A stretch of DNA of 64,000 nt from NCBI GenBank assembly GCA_015064155.1, contig SVST01000014.1, positions 5,003-69,002 of the forward strand. Direction: 5' to 3'. Shown piece by piece: positions 19,495-27,221 of the stretch. Within the stretch, counting starts at the first letter, position 1, and every line of letters begins with the position of its first letter. The notes under the pieces are model-generated. The model was given only the letters and a program-made list of their open reading frames with translations, ran no database searches and was not told the origin of the DNA. The position numbers and the translations under genes are program-made. The stretch is from Oscillospiraceae bacterium (GTDB lineage Bacteria > Bacillota > Clostridia > Oscillospirales > CAG-272).

Positions 19495-19533
19495 AAAAAT
19501 CCCCAAGATCACGTTGTGCGATCTTGGGGATTG
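19495..19533 (-). terminator. Intrinsic terminator of the phosphohexomutase gene
   Basis: Minus strand: atccccaagatc-gcacaacgt-gatcttggggat followed by TTTTTT. Confidence 0.8.
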
Positions 19534-19544
19534 GGATGTCGTTA

Positions 19545-20987
19545 TCAAGCTTCCAAATCAAGCATGGTACGGAATGCCGCGATGTATCCGCGCGCCACGG
19601 CGGGGTCGGATGCCTCGGCAAAGATACGGAGCAGGGGCTCGGTTCCCGAGAATCGGCAGATCACGAAGGATTTGTCCTCAAAGTAGACCTTGCAGCCATC
19701 CTCGTAATTGACTCTGACCACGGGCTTTCCGAAGTCGGGAATCTTCTTTTCCACCATCAAGGTGTTTTGAATTTCGGGCTTGCGCTCGGCGGCAAACGCA
19801 AGGTTTGCTTCAACCAGTTCGTAGTGACCGAATTTTTCTTCCAGCTCTTGCATCATCTGCATCGGTGTTTTGCCCGTGAAGCAGACCATTTCGATAAACA
19901 GAGATGCCGCGTAGATCGAGTCTTTTCCGTGGATGTGTCCGCGAACGGTCAAGCCGCCCGAGGATTCGCCGCCAAGGACTGCGTCGTAACGGTCAATGCC
20001 CGCGGAAATATACTTGAAGCCGATCGGAACCTCGTAGCACTTTTCGCCGAAAGAAGCCGCGATTGCATCCAGCATGTGCGTGGTGGCAAGGTTGCGGATA
20101 ACGGGACCCGTCCAACGCTTGTATGCGTGCAGATAGTTGTAGAGAAGACACAGAATTTCGTTTGCATCGATGTAGCGTCCCGTTTCGTCAACGACACCCA
20201 AGCGGTCACCGTCACCGTCAAACGCGATTCCCAGATCGTAACCGCCTTCCACCACGCGGTTGCGCAGATCGGCAAGACGAATTTCAGAGGGAGCCGGTGT
20301 TCCTCCTCCGAAATACGCATCCTTGTTGTAGTTGATGATATCCACCGTGCAGCGCAGGGTTTGCAGGATAACCACCAAAGGATAGGTTCCCGAGCCGTGC
20401 ATGGGGTCGAACAAAATTCTCAAATTGCGTTTTTTAATGGCGGCACAATTCAGCTTATCCAGAATGTTGTCGATAAAATCGTTAAACGGCGCGTGCATGA
20501 TCGAAAGCAGCCCCTTTTCGGTGGCTTCTGCCTGCGACATCGTGGGAATTTCTCCGATTGCTTGCTCCGCAATCAACTGCTCCAGGCGTGCGGTGGTTTC
20601 CAGCGGTGCGTCACGACCCTCGTCAACGATCAGCTTGATTCCGTTGTAGTCTGCAGGGTTGTGGCTTGCGGTGACCTCAATGCCGTAGTGATAGTTGTGC
20701 TTTTGTACCAGGAACATTACAAGCGGGGTGGGGGTACTGCGGTTCATGATAATGACCTTCATCCCCATAGCGGCAATGACCTCCGAGATCCATTGAACCG
20801 CTGACTTGGAAAGAAAGCGACGGTCGCAGCCCACAACGATCGGTTGATCTGCCTTGTTTTCCTCTTTTGCCAAAAGACAGATTCCGTAAGCAACACGCTG
20901 AATGTTTGCTTTGATAAAATCGTCACCGATGATACCGCGCCATCCGCCGGTACCGAACGTGATTTTTTGAAGTGCGGGAGAGTTCAT
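19545..20987 (-). CDS. Alpha-D-phosphohexomutase family (phosphoglucomutase/phosphomannomutase)
   Basis: FGTGGWRG N-terminus, active-site VTASHNPADYNG, metal loop FDGDGDR, 480 aa. Confidence 0.85.
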   Translation of the reverse strand: MNSPALQKITFGTGGWRGIIGDDFIKANIQRVAYGICLLAKEENKADQPIVVGCDRRFLSKSAVQWISEVIAAMGMKVIIMNRSTPTPLVMFLVQKHNYHYGIEVTASHNPADYNGIKLIVDEGRDAPLETTARLEQLIAEQAIGEIPTMSQAEATEKGLLSIMHAPFNDFIDNILDKLNCAAIKKRNLRILFDPMHGSGTYPLVVILQTLRCTVDIINYNKDAYFGGGTPAPSEIRLADLRNRVVEGGYDLGIAFDGDGDRLGVVDETGRYIDANEILCLLYNYLHAYKRWTGPVIRNLATTHMLDAIAASFGEKCYEVPIGFKYISAGIDRYDAVLGGESSGGLTVRGHIHGKDSIYAASLFIEMVCFTGKTPMQMMQELEEKFGHYELVEANLAFAAERKPEIQNTLMVEKKIPDFGKPVVRVNYEDGCKVYFEDKSFVICRFSGTEPLLRIFAEASDPAVARGYIAAFRTMLDLEA

Positions 20988-21022
20988 AATCCAAATACTT
21001 CCTTTCTTCGAATTTCACTCTC

Positions 21023-21051
21023 ATTATACAATGTTTTTTTCGAAAAGTCAA
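21023..21051 (-). promoter_or_regulatory. Sigma-70 type promoter for the phosphohexomutase gene
   Basis: Minus strand: TTGACT, 17 nt spacer, TATAAT. Confidence 0.55.
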
Positions 21052-21136
21052 CAAGACGTTTTGCTTTTTTGCGCACGCTTTTTTAACATTATGCGCTTGA
21101 TTTTTCCCGGCGTCCCAATAAGGGAGCGTATCGAAA

Positions 21137-21497
21137 TAAAAAGCACACCACTGCTTTGTACTATAAGAGGGAGGAAAGGATGGGAAGCGATAGCCCGGGA
21201 CTCTGAACCCGAACGCGCACCCGAAAGAAAAAGCCGAACTGTAATCTGCGCGCGTTATTGGCAACCGCAGGCGGTTGCAGGGGTTCTTCGATCTCGTACC
21301 GAAACACAAAAAGCACATCACTGCTTTGTACTATAAGAGGGAGGAAAGGATGGGAAGTGATAGCCCGGGACTCTGAACCCGAACGCGCGCCCGAAAGAAA
21401 AAGCCGAACTGTAATCTGCGCGCGTTATTGGCAACCGCAGTCGGTTGCAGGGGTTCTTCGATATCGTACCGAAACACAAAAAGCACATCACTGCAAA
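21137..21497. repeat. 170-bp tandem repeat, two full copies plus a partial third that merges into the tRNA-Arg terminator
   Basis: aagcaca(c/t)cactgc recurs at 21141, 21311 and 21481. Copies 21141-21310 and 21311-21480 differ at 5 positions in my alignment. Confidence 0.9.
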
Positions 21498-21515
21498 GCA
21501 GTGATGTGCTTTTTG
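21477..21515 (-). terminator. Intrinsic terminator of tRNA-Arg (symmetrical, A-tract and T-tract on both sides)
   Basis: aaaaagcacatcactgc-aaag-cagtgatgtgcttttt. Confidence 0.8.
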
Positions 21516-21592
21516 TGGCGCGGCATGAGGGACTCGAACCCCCGACCTTTTGGTTCGTAGCCAAACACTCTATCCAGCTGAGCTAATGCCGC
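21516..21592 (-). tRNA. tRNA-Arg (anticodon ACG), CCA encoded
   Basis: The reverse complement GCGGCATTAGCTCAGCTGGATAGAGTGTTTGGCTACGAACCAAAAGGTCGGGGGTTCGAGTCCCTCATGCCGCGCCA folds as a cloverleaf. It has a 7-bp acceptor stem, anticodon loop CT-ACG-AA, T-loop TTCGAGT, and is 77 nt long. Confidence 0.95.
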
Positions 21593-21620
21593 AAGTCGGT
21601 ACGTTTTTTCGTACTTGCAT

Positions 21621-21649
21621 ATTATACTACTTTTCCCTTGGTTTGTCAA
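21621..21649 (-). promoter_or_regulatory. Consensus sigma-70 promoter driving tRNA-Arg
   Basis: Minus strand: TTGACA, 17 nt spacer, TATAAT, about 25 nt upstream of the tRNA 5' end. Confidence 0.7.
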
Positions 21650-21795
21650 CCCCTTTTTTGAAAAAATAAAAAATATTTTTCAAGCTTGGAAAAGTAAAAA
21701 AACAAAAGAAAAACGAAAATGTTTCGTAAGTAAATTCCTTGACAAGCAGAGCAGAATCGGTTATAATGTGAAAAAACGAAAAGGCTGGATGATTT

Positions 21796-22863
21796 ATGAA
21801 TACTTTTGCAAAAAACGGAAGTGAACATATTACTGCCTTGATTCACGAGGCAATCGAAAAGGGGAGCCGTACCGCAACCGTTACGGGGAACCATGAAATA
21901 GAATGGGCGGTTCGGTTGCCCTCTGATTTTACGCTGATTTTGGAGGATTGTCATCTTTGTATGGCAGACGGAGTCTATTCCAATATGTTCGTCAACGAGC
22001 ATCACGATACAGAGCTTGGTAAAACCGTTGCCGGAACCGATCGCAATATTTCGATTTTGGGCAAGGGAAGAGCGATCCTGGACGGCGGCACTTATAACGG
22101 GTTGTCCGAAAAAAATTCCCTCAAGGACGGGCTTCCCCATATCAGCAAAAACAACCTTCTGCTGTTCACCAACGTGGACGGCTTCACGGTTCGCGATATT
22201 TCCTGCCATAATCAGCGTTGGTGGGCATTGAATTTTATTTACTGCCGCAACGGATATCTGGGCAATCTTTATTTTCAGTCAAACGATCTTGCCATCGATG
22301 AAAACGGAGACGAATACCACGGACTCAAGCGCGATCGTTATACGGACGTAGTGGTGAAAAATTCCGACGGAATTGATTTGCGCCAAGGCTGCAATCACGT
22401 AACGATCGAGAATATCACCGGCTTTACCGAGGACGATACCGTTGCACTCACCAATCTCTCCGGTTGGATCGAGCAGCGTTACTGTGTGGAAGGTTTACCG
22501 TCCGATATTGCTTTTGTCACCATCAAAAACGTGACTGCATCGGCATATTGCTCCATGATCCGTCTGCTCAACCAAGGCGAGTTGAAGCTGCATGATATTT
22601 CGATCGAGGATATCTACGACACCTCTGCCGAGTGTCCGCATTTGGATCACGGCAGATATTGCGTGCGTGTGGGCGATGCGAAGCATTTGTACGGGGACCG
22701 TCATTCCACCGCGGAGGAAACCTACAATATTTCCATTAAAAATATTTTTGGACGCGGTCAGTCGGTGCTTCATTTGGCGGGTGCAATCGGAAACCTGACC
22801 ATCGAAAACGCAAAAGCCGGGGACGGCACTCCTCTCGCAGAGGATTTCAGAACGCAGCTTTGA
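21796..22863 (+). CDS. Right-handed beta-helix protein, GH28/pectate-lyase-fold-like glycoside hydrolase (no signal peptide)
   Basis: The periodic motifs NSDGIDL and GFTEDDTVAL resemble the GH28 NTDG and GDDC motifs. A TTGACA-17-TATAAT promoter lies at 21739-21767. Confidence 0.55.
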   Translation: MNTFAKNGSEHITALIHEAIEKGSRTATVTGNHEIEWAVRLPSDFTLILEDCHLCMADGVYSNMFVNEHHDTELGKTVAGTDRNISILGKGRAILDGGTYNGLSEKNSLKDGLPHISKNNLLLFTNVDGFTVRDISCHNQRWWALNFIYCRNGYLGNLYFQSNDLAIDENGDEYHGLKRDRYTDVVVKNSDGIDLRQGCNHVTIENITGFTEDDTVALTNLSGWIEQRYCVEGLPSDIAFVTIKNVTASAYCSMIRLLNQGELKLHDISIEDIYDTSAECPHLDHGRYCVRVGDAKHLYGDRHSTAEETYNISIKNIFGRGQSVLHLAGAIGNLTIENAKAGDGTPLAEDFRTQL

Positions 22864-22978
22864 TTGCGAATTCCTATAAAAAAGAGGCATTTTGCCTCTT
22901 TTTTGTATGCGATTCTCTTGACAGAAATTTGCTCGTTTGCTATAATGGAAGCAACCAACGGAAAGGAACTTTCTGAAC

Positions 22979-24331
22979 ATGAAGACAAGGCTTTGCTTTT
23001 TTGACGATTATTATATTGCGGCACGACCGGGGACGGTGCGCCGTATGTTTCGCCCCCAAAAGCTCGGGGAATTTCACGACGGAACCGATCGGCTACAGAC
23101 CTATACCTCGTTCTTTTTCGATCCACGGGTCGAAAAATACCGCTTATATTACGAAGTTCCCAAAAGGGGCACGGGGACCGAGGTCCGCGAGCTGATTTTG
23201 GCGCAAGCCGATTGTGTAGAGGATCTGATCAACCAAAAAGCCGAGCTGATTCCCGTTTCGGGTCTTGACGAAAACGGGATCCACGGTTGCTCGGTGATGT
23301 GGGATGAACGTACGGGAGAATATCTCTTGGCAGGAAATTTTCATGCGAACGACCGACAAAAGCGGCGGATGTTTACGGCGCGCTCCAAGGATGGCATTTC
23401 TTTCTTTGATATGAGATGCTTGTACGAGGACTACAGTGATACCTATAACAGTCTGTATTACAATCCGCATCTCGGAGAATACGTGATTACCATGCGCGCG
23501 GCGGTGATGGATCGGAGAATTGCGGTGATGCGCTCCAAGGATTTTTTGACGTGGAGCGACCCCGAGATGATTTTGCATCCTACGGCAGCCAATGGTGAGG
23601 GAATGCAATACTATGCCTTGGGAGTCAGCGAAACAGAGGGCGTATTTTATGGGCTTCTGTGGCGGTTTATGACCGACATCGGGCAGGCGGATTTTTCGGA
23701 TATGTGCGGCTATATGGAAAACGACTTGTATTACAGCTATGACGGCATTCATTTTTGCTCTACGGGGCTTTCTCCGGTAGCGGAGCGCCCCTTGCCGCCC
23801 GAGTACGGCTGCAGTCAGCTTTGGCTTTTGAATGCTTGCAATACACGGGACGGCAGAACCATCCTTTGCGGCGGTGCGTCCCGTATCGCGCACGGAAGCA
23901 GCTATCCAAACGACGATAAGTTTTGCAACACGGTCTTTTACGAAATTCCGAAAGACGGCTTTGTTGCTTTGGAGGGCTTTGGAAAGTCAAGTATCGTATA
24001 TACCAAGCCGATTCTGATGGAACGTGACGAGATTTTCCTCAATTACAATGCTACTCGGGGAGAGCTGTCGGTGGCAATTCTTGAGGTTGACGGAACACCG
24101 ATTGAGGGGTATGGCTTTGAGGATTGTATCCCGATGGTGGAACGCTCGGTGAATGCCCCCGTTTGTTGGCGAAAGGACGAACGGCGTGAAAGCCTCGCCG
24201 GGAAACGGGTACGGCTTGCGTTTCGCTTGAACAGCGCGCTTTTGTGGACGGTTTCCTTTGACGGAAAGCCCTATTTGAAAAAGATACAGAAGAGCTTTTT
24301 TGATGCACGTGCGGAATTTGATGCACGGTAA
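22979..24331 (+). CDS. Uncharacterised protein, probable beta-propeller plus beta-sandwich glycoside-hydrolase-like fold
   Basis: 450 aa with no signal peptide. Repeated W/Y-rich blade-like segments. Own TTGACA-17-TATAAT promoter. The fold call is pattern-based only. Confidence 0.4.
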   Translation: MKTRLCFFDDYYIAARPGTVRRMFRPQKLGEFHDGTDRLQTYTSFFFDPRVEKYRLYYEVPKRGTGTEVRELILAQADCVEDLINQKAELIPVSGLDENGIHGCSVMWDERTGEYLLAGNFHANDRQKRRMFTARSKDGISFFDMRCLYEDYSDTYNSLYYNPHLGEYVITMRAAVMDRRIAVMRSKDFLTWSDPEMILHPTAANGEGMQYYALGVSETEGVFYGLLWRFMTDIGQADFSDMCGYMENDLYYSYDGIHFCSTGLSPVAERPLPPEYGCSQLWLLNACNTRDGRTILCGGASRIAHGSSYPNDDKFCNTVFYEIPKDGFVALEGFGKSSIVYTKPILMERDEIFLNYNATRGELSVAILEVDGTPIEGYGFEDCIPMVERSVNAPVCWRKDERRESLAGKRVRLAFRLNSALLWTVSFDGKPYLKKIQKSFFDARAEFDAR

Positions 24332-24394
24332 AACAGAAGCAAGCGCGATACGTACCGATCGGTGCGTGTCGCGCTTGCCGTTTTTGTTGATTGA

Positions 24395-25300
24395 TCAGCC
24401 AAGTCTTCTTTCGTATAGTTTCATGAAGTCTTCCTCAAGAATCCCCGAAAGCTCCTCGGGGCAGGCGTATTCATCTCCAAATTCCAAATAGCCTCCAAGG
24501 ATGCCCTCGTGGTCGCTGCCTCCCATTTTGTAAAGATTTTTCTCCTCACACAGCTTTTCAAAAAACATCCGGGATTCCTCGCCGCCGCGACCTCTTTCGG
24601 GACGAAAAATGGAGTGTCTGGTTTCAAAGCCCATGACACCGAGCTCGATCAGCTTCTCTGCGTATTCTTCCTTGCCTGCTGGATGTGCAACAATCGGAAC
24701 ACCGCCCGCTTCGCGGATGATGCGAATTACATCTTCGGTGTGTATGTTCTTGGAGCTTTTTCCGGTTACCTCACGGATGTAGTCGCCAAGCCCCAGCTTG
24801 GAGGAAAAATTGGGCTTGAAAAAGACCTCCTCGTATTCCTCGGGCTGATAGATCCCCTTTTTTACCATGACCTCAAACACCTGGTTGTTGCACACGTAAT
24901 CATTGTAAGGGAATGCATCGCGTATCTCCTGCCAGGTCACGCCCTCACGCAAGGATCCGCGCTCCAAGCCCATTTTGAACATCAATTCGGAGCGAGAGGT
25001 TTGGATTGAAGGGAGATATTCCAAAAGCTTTTTCATCTTGGGATGCTCGGGATTGAAGTCAAAGCCCAGCAGATGAAAGGGTACCCCTTGGTAATAGGTG
25101 GAAAACTCGCAGCCGAGAATCGATTTCATTCCCAGCTTTCTTGCAGCTTTATTGATAAAATAGGTGCCGCTGACGGTATCGTGGTCGGTCAGAATAATGC
25201 CTCCGTGTCCCAGATCGTGAGCAATTTGCACCAACTCCTCGGGGGTATAATTTGCATCCGAAAAGCAGGAATGATTGTGACAGCTCGCAAAAATCTTCAT
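24395..25300 (-). CDS. PHP-domain metal-dependent phosphoesterase
   Basis: ATG at 25300 after an AAGGAG SD. CHNHSCFSD and ILTDHDT are PHP His/Asp motifs. Confidence 0.75.
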   Translation of the reverse strand: MKIFASCHNHSCFSDANYTPEELVQIAHDLGHGGIILTDHDTVSGTYFINKAARKLGMKSILGCEFSTYYQGVPFHLLGFDFNPEHPKMKKLLEYLPSIQTSRSELMFKMGLERGSLREGVTWQEIRDAFPYNDYVCNNQVFEVMVKKGIYQPEEYEEVFFKPNFSSKLGLGDYIREVTGKSSKNIHTEDVIRIIREAGGVPIVAHPAGKEEYAEKLIELGVMGFETRHSIFRPERGRGGEESRMFFEKLCEEKNLYKMGGSDHEGILGGYLEFGDEYACPEELSGILEEDFMKLYERRLG

Positions 25301-25395
25301 GCTTTGATCTCCTTTCAAGATTGCGTTTACCGAAATTTATTATATCAAAAAAATTCGGAAAGTCAATCCCACAACCACTTTTTTTGAAAAAACTC

Positions 25396-25424
25396 TTGCA
25401 TTTCGTCAGAAAATATGGTATACT
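25396..25424 (+). promoter_or_regulatory. Sigma-70 type promoter of the metK leader
   Basis: TTGCAT, 17 nt spacer, TATACT. Confidence 0.55.
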
Positions 25425-25437
25425 GTAATCAATAAAA

Positions 25438-25560
25438 TATATCTTATCAAGAGTAACGTAGTGACAGGCACGATGATGTTACAGCAACCTGCCGTGGGGT
25501 AAGGTGCTAATTCCTGTTAGATGAGAGCCAAAAAGCTCCCATTTTGCGGAGCTTTTTTGT
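25438..25560 (+). promoter_or_regulatory. SAM-I (S-box) riboswitch with terminator
   Basis: TCTTATCAAGAG ... GCAACC ... GGTGCTAATTCC ... TAGATGAGA matches the S-box P1/P2/P4 conserved blocks. It is followed by aaaaagctcc-cattttgc-ggagctttttt and lies directly upstream of metK. Confidence 0.85.
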
Positions 25561-25617
25561 TGCACGCAAGGGAAAAGATATGTTTTAGAATACCTTTTCG
25601 AAAGTAGGAGAAGAAAA

Positions 25618-26799
25618 ATGAGCAGAAAATTATTTACCAGTGAATCGGTGACCGAGGGACATCCCGATAAGATTTCCGATAAGATTTCCGATGCGATTCT
25701 GGACGAGATGCTTCGTCAGGATCCCATGTCGCGCGTTGCATGCGAAACTTTTTGTACCACGGGTCTTGTTTGCGTGATGGGTGAGGTTACCACCAAGGCA
25801 CAGATCGATATTCAGTCCATCGTGCGCGAAACCGTGCGCGAGATCGGTTATGACCGCGCAAAATACGGCTTTGACTGCGACAGCTGTGCCGTGATTACGT
25901 CGCTCCATGCACAGTCCCCCGATATTGCAATGGGTGTGGACAAGTCCTTGGAGGCAAAAGAGGGAACCGATACCGACGGGCTGGATACGGGTGCCGGCGA
26001 CCAGGGACTCATGTTCGGGTATGCCTGCAACGAAACCCCCGAATTGATGCCGCTTCCGATTTCGCTTTCTCATGCGTTGGCAAAGCGGTTGACCGAGGTG
26101 AGAAAGAACGGTACGCTTTCTTATCTGCGTCCCGACGGAAAAACGCAGGTGACCGTGGAATATGACGAGAACGATCAGCCCACCCGTATTGATACCATTG
26201 TTATTTCGTCCCAGCACAGTGCCGACGTCACCACCGAGCAGATTCGAACGGATCTGATTCGCGAGGTCATTCGTCCCATCGTGGCAGAGGATATGATGGA
26301 CGATGCAACTAAGATCTACATCAACCCCACGGGACGCTTCGTTGTGGGCGGTCCCGCAGGTGATACGGGTCTTACGGGAAGAAAGATCATTGTCGATACT
26401 TACGGCGGATACGCGCGTCACGGCGGCGGAGCCTTTTCGGGTAAGGACCCCACGAAGGTAGACCGTTCCGCGGCTTATGCGGCGCGTTACGTTGCAAAGA
26501 ATATTGTAAAGGCGGGACTTGCGGACAAATGCGAGGTACAATTGGCGTATGCCATCGGAGTTGCAAAGCCCGTTTCGGTGCGTGTGGATACCTTTGGAAC
26601 CTCCAAGGTTGCCGAGGCACAGATCGAAGCGGCAATCGGCGAGCTGATCGACCTGCGACCCGCCGCAATTATCAAGCGTTTTGATTTGCGCCGCCCGATC
26701 TACTGTCAGATCGCGGCATACGGACACATGGGGCGCGAGGATCTTTCCATGCCTTGGGAGGCTTGCGACCTGGTTCCCGCCTTGCAAAAGCTACTCTGA
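25618..26799 (+). CDS. metK: S-adenosylmethionine synthetase
   Basis: [44 protein letters not shown]. Confidence 0.95.
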   Translation: MSRKLFTSESVTEGHPDKISDKISDAILDEMLRQDPMSRVACETFCTTGLVCVMGEVTTKAQIDIQSIVRETVREIGYDRAKYGFDCDSCAVITSLHAQSPDIAMGVDKSLEAKEGTDTDGLDTGAGDQGLMFGYACNETPELMPLPISLSHALAKRLTEVRKNGTLSYLRPDGKTQVTVEYDENDQPTRIDTIVISSQHSADVTTEQIRTDLIREVIRPIVAEDMMDDATKIYINPTGRFVVGGPAGDTGLTGRKIIVDTYGGYARHGGGAFSGKDPTKVDRSAAYAARYVAKNIVKAGLADKCEVQLAYAIGVAKPVSVRVDTFGTSKVAEAQIEAAIGELIDLRPAAIIKRFDLRRPIYCQIAAYGHMGREDLSMPWEACDLVPALQKLL

Positions 26800-26869
26800 T
26801 AAGCGCGTCATACGGGCGCACCGTTCCTTGTTCTTTCGCATAGGCTGAAAGAGAGAGGAGGGGCTTGCT

Positions 26870-27190
26870 TTGATTCTGCTTTGCGGCTTGATTTTGCTGT
26901 TTTCGACGTTTGGCTTTTGCTGTGCGGTGCGCATGCTGACCGATTGGATTTTTGCTTCCCGTCGGATATGCGTTGCCGTCGAAATTATGGAAAAAAAGGA
27001 CGCGGATATGCTGGATGTGCTGTTGCATGAGGCAGAATCCGCTTTCTTTCGAAAATCCTGTGTTCGCCCCGTTGTGCTGATTTCCTCCGATTTGATGAAC
27101 GGCACGCTGGGAGAGGACGGGGAGCTTTATCCCCGTTATGCGCGTATGCTGGATGCGTACGGCGCGGAGTGTTATTTGATTGATCGGTAG
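26870..27190 (+). CDS. Small hypothetical membrane-anchored protein
   Basis: TTG start 8 nt after a GAGGAGG SD. N-terminal TM segment ILLCGLILLFSTFGFCCAV. 106 aa. The end overlaps the region just before recD2. Confidence 0.45.
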   Translation: MILLCGLILLFSTFGFCCAVRMLTDWIFASRRICVAVEIMEKKDADMLDVLLHEAESAFFRKSCVRPVVLISSDLMNGTLGEDGELYPRYARMLDAYGAECYLIDR

Positions 27191-27221
27191 ATCACAATCC
27201 CAAAAAGAAAGGAGCTTGCAA

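Noticed and set aside
21137-21480. tRNA-like T-arm (CGGGTTCAGAGTCCCG) inside each 170-bp repeat on the minus strand; possible tRNA pseudogene, tRNA-Sec or tmRNA.
   Set aside because: The loop is 8 nt, no complementary acceptor 5' strand or anticodon arm could be found, and the unit is too long for a tRNA. There is no tmRNA, RNase P, SRP or 6S signature. It resembles the neighbouring tRNA-Arg T-arm only loosely.
21031-21560. ORFs 21031-21336 (101 aa), 21258-21560 (100 aa) and 20923-21321 (minus strand) running through the tandem repeat.
   Set aside because: They exist only because the repeat lacks stops. They overlap the tRNA or the phosphohexomutase start, have no SD, and give Arg/Pro-rich nonsense translations.
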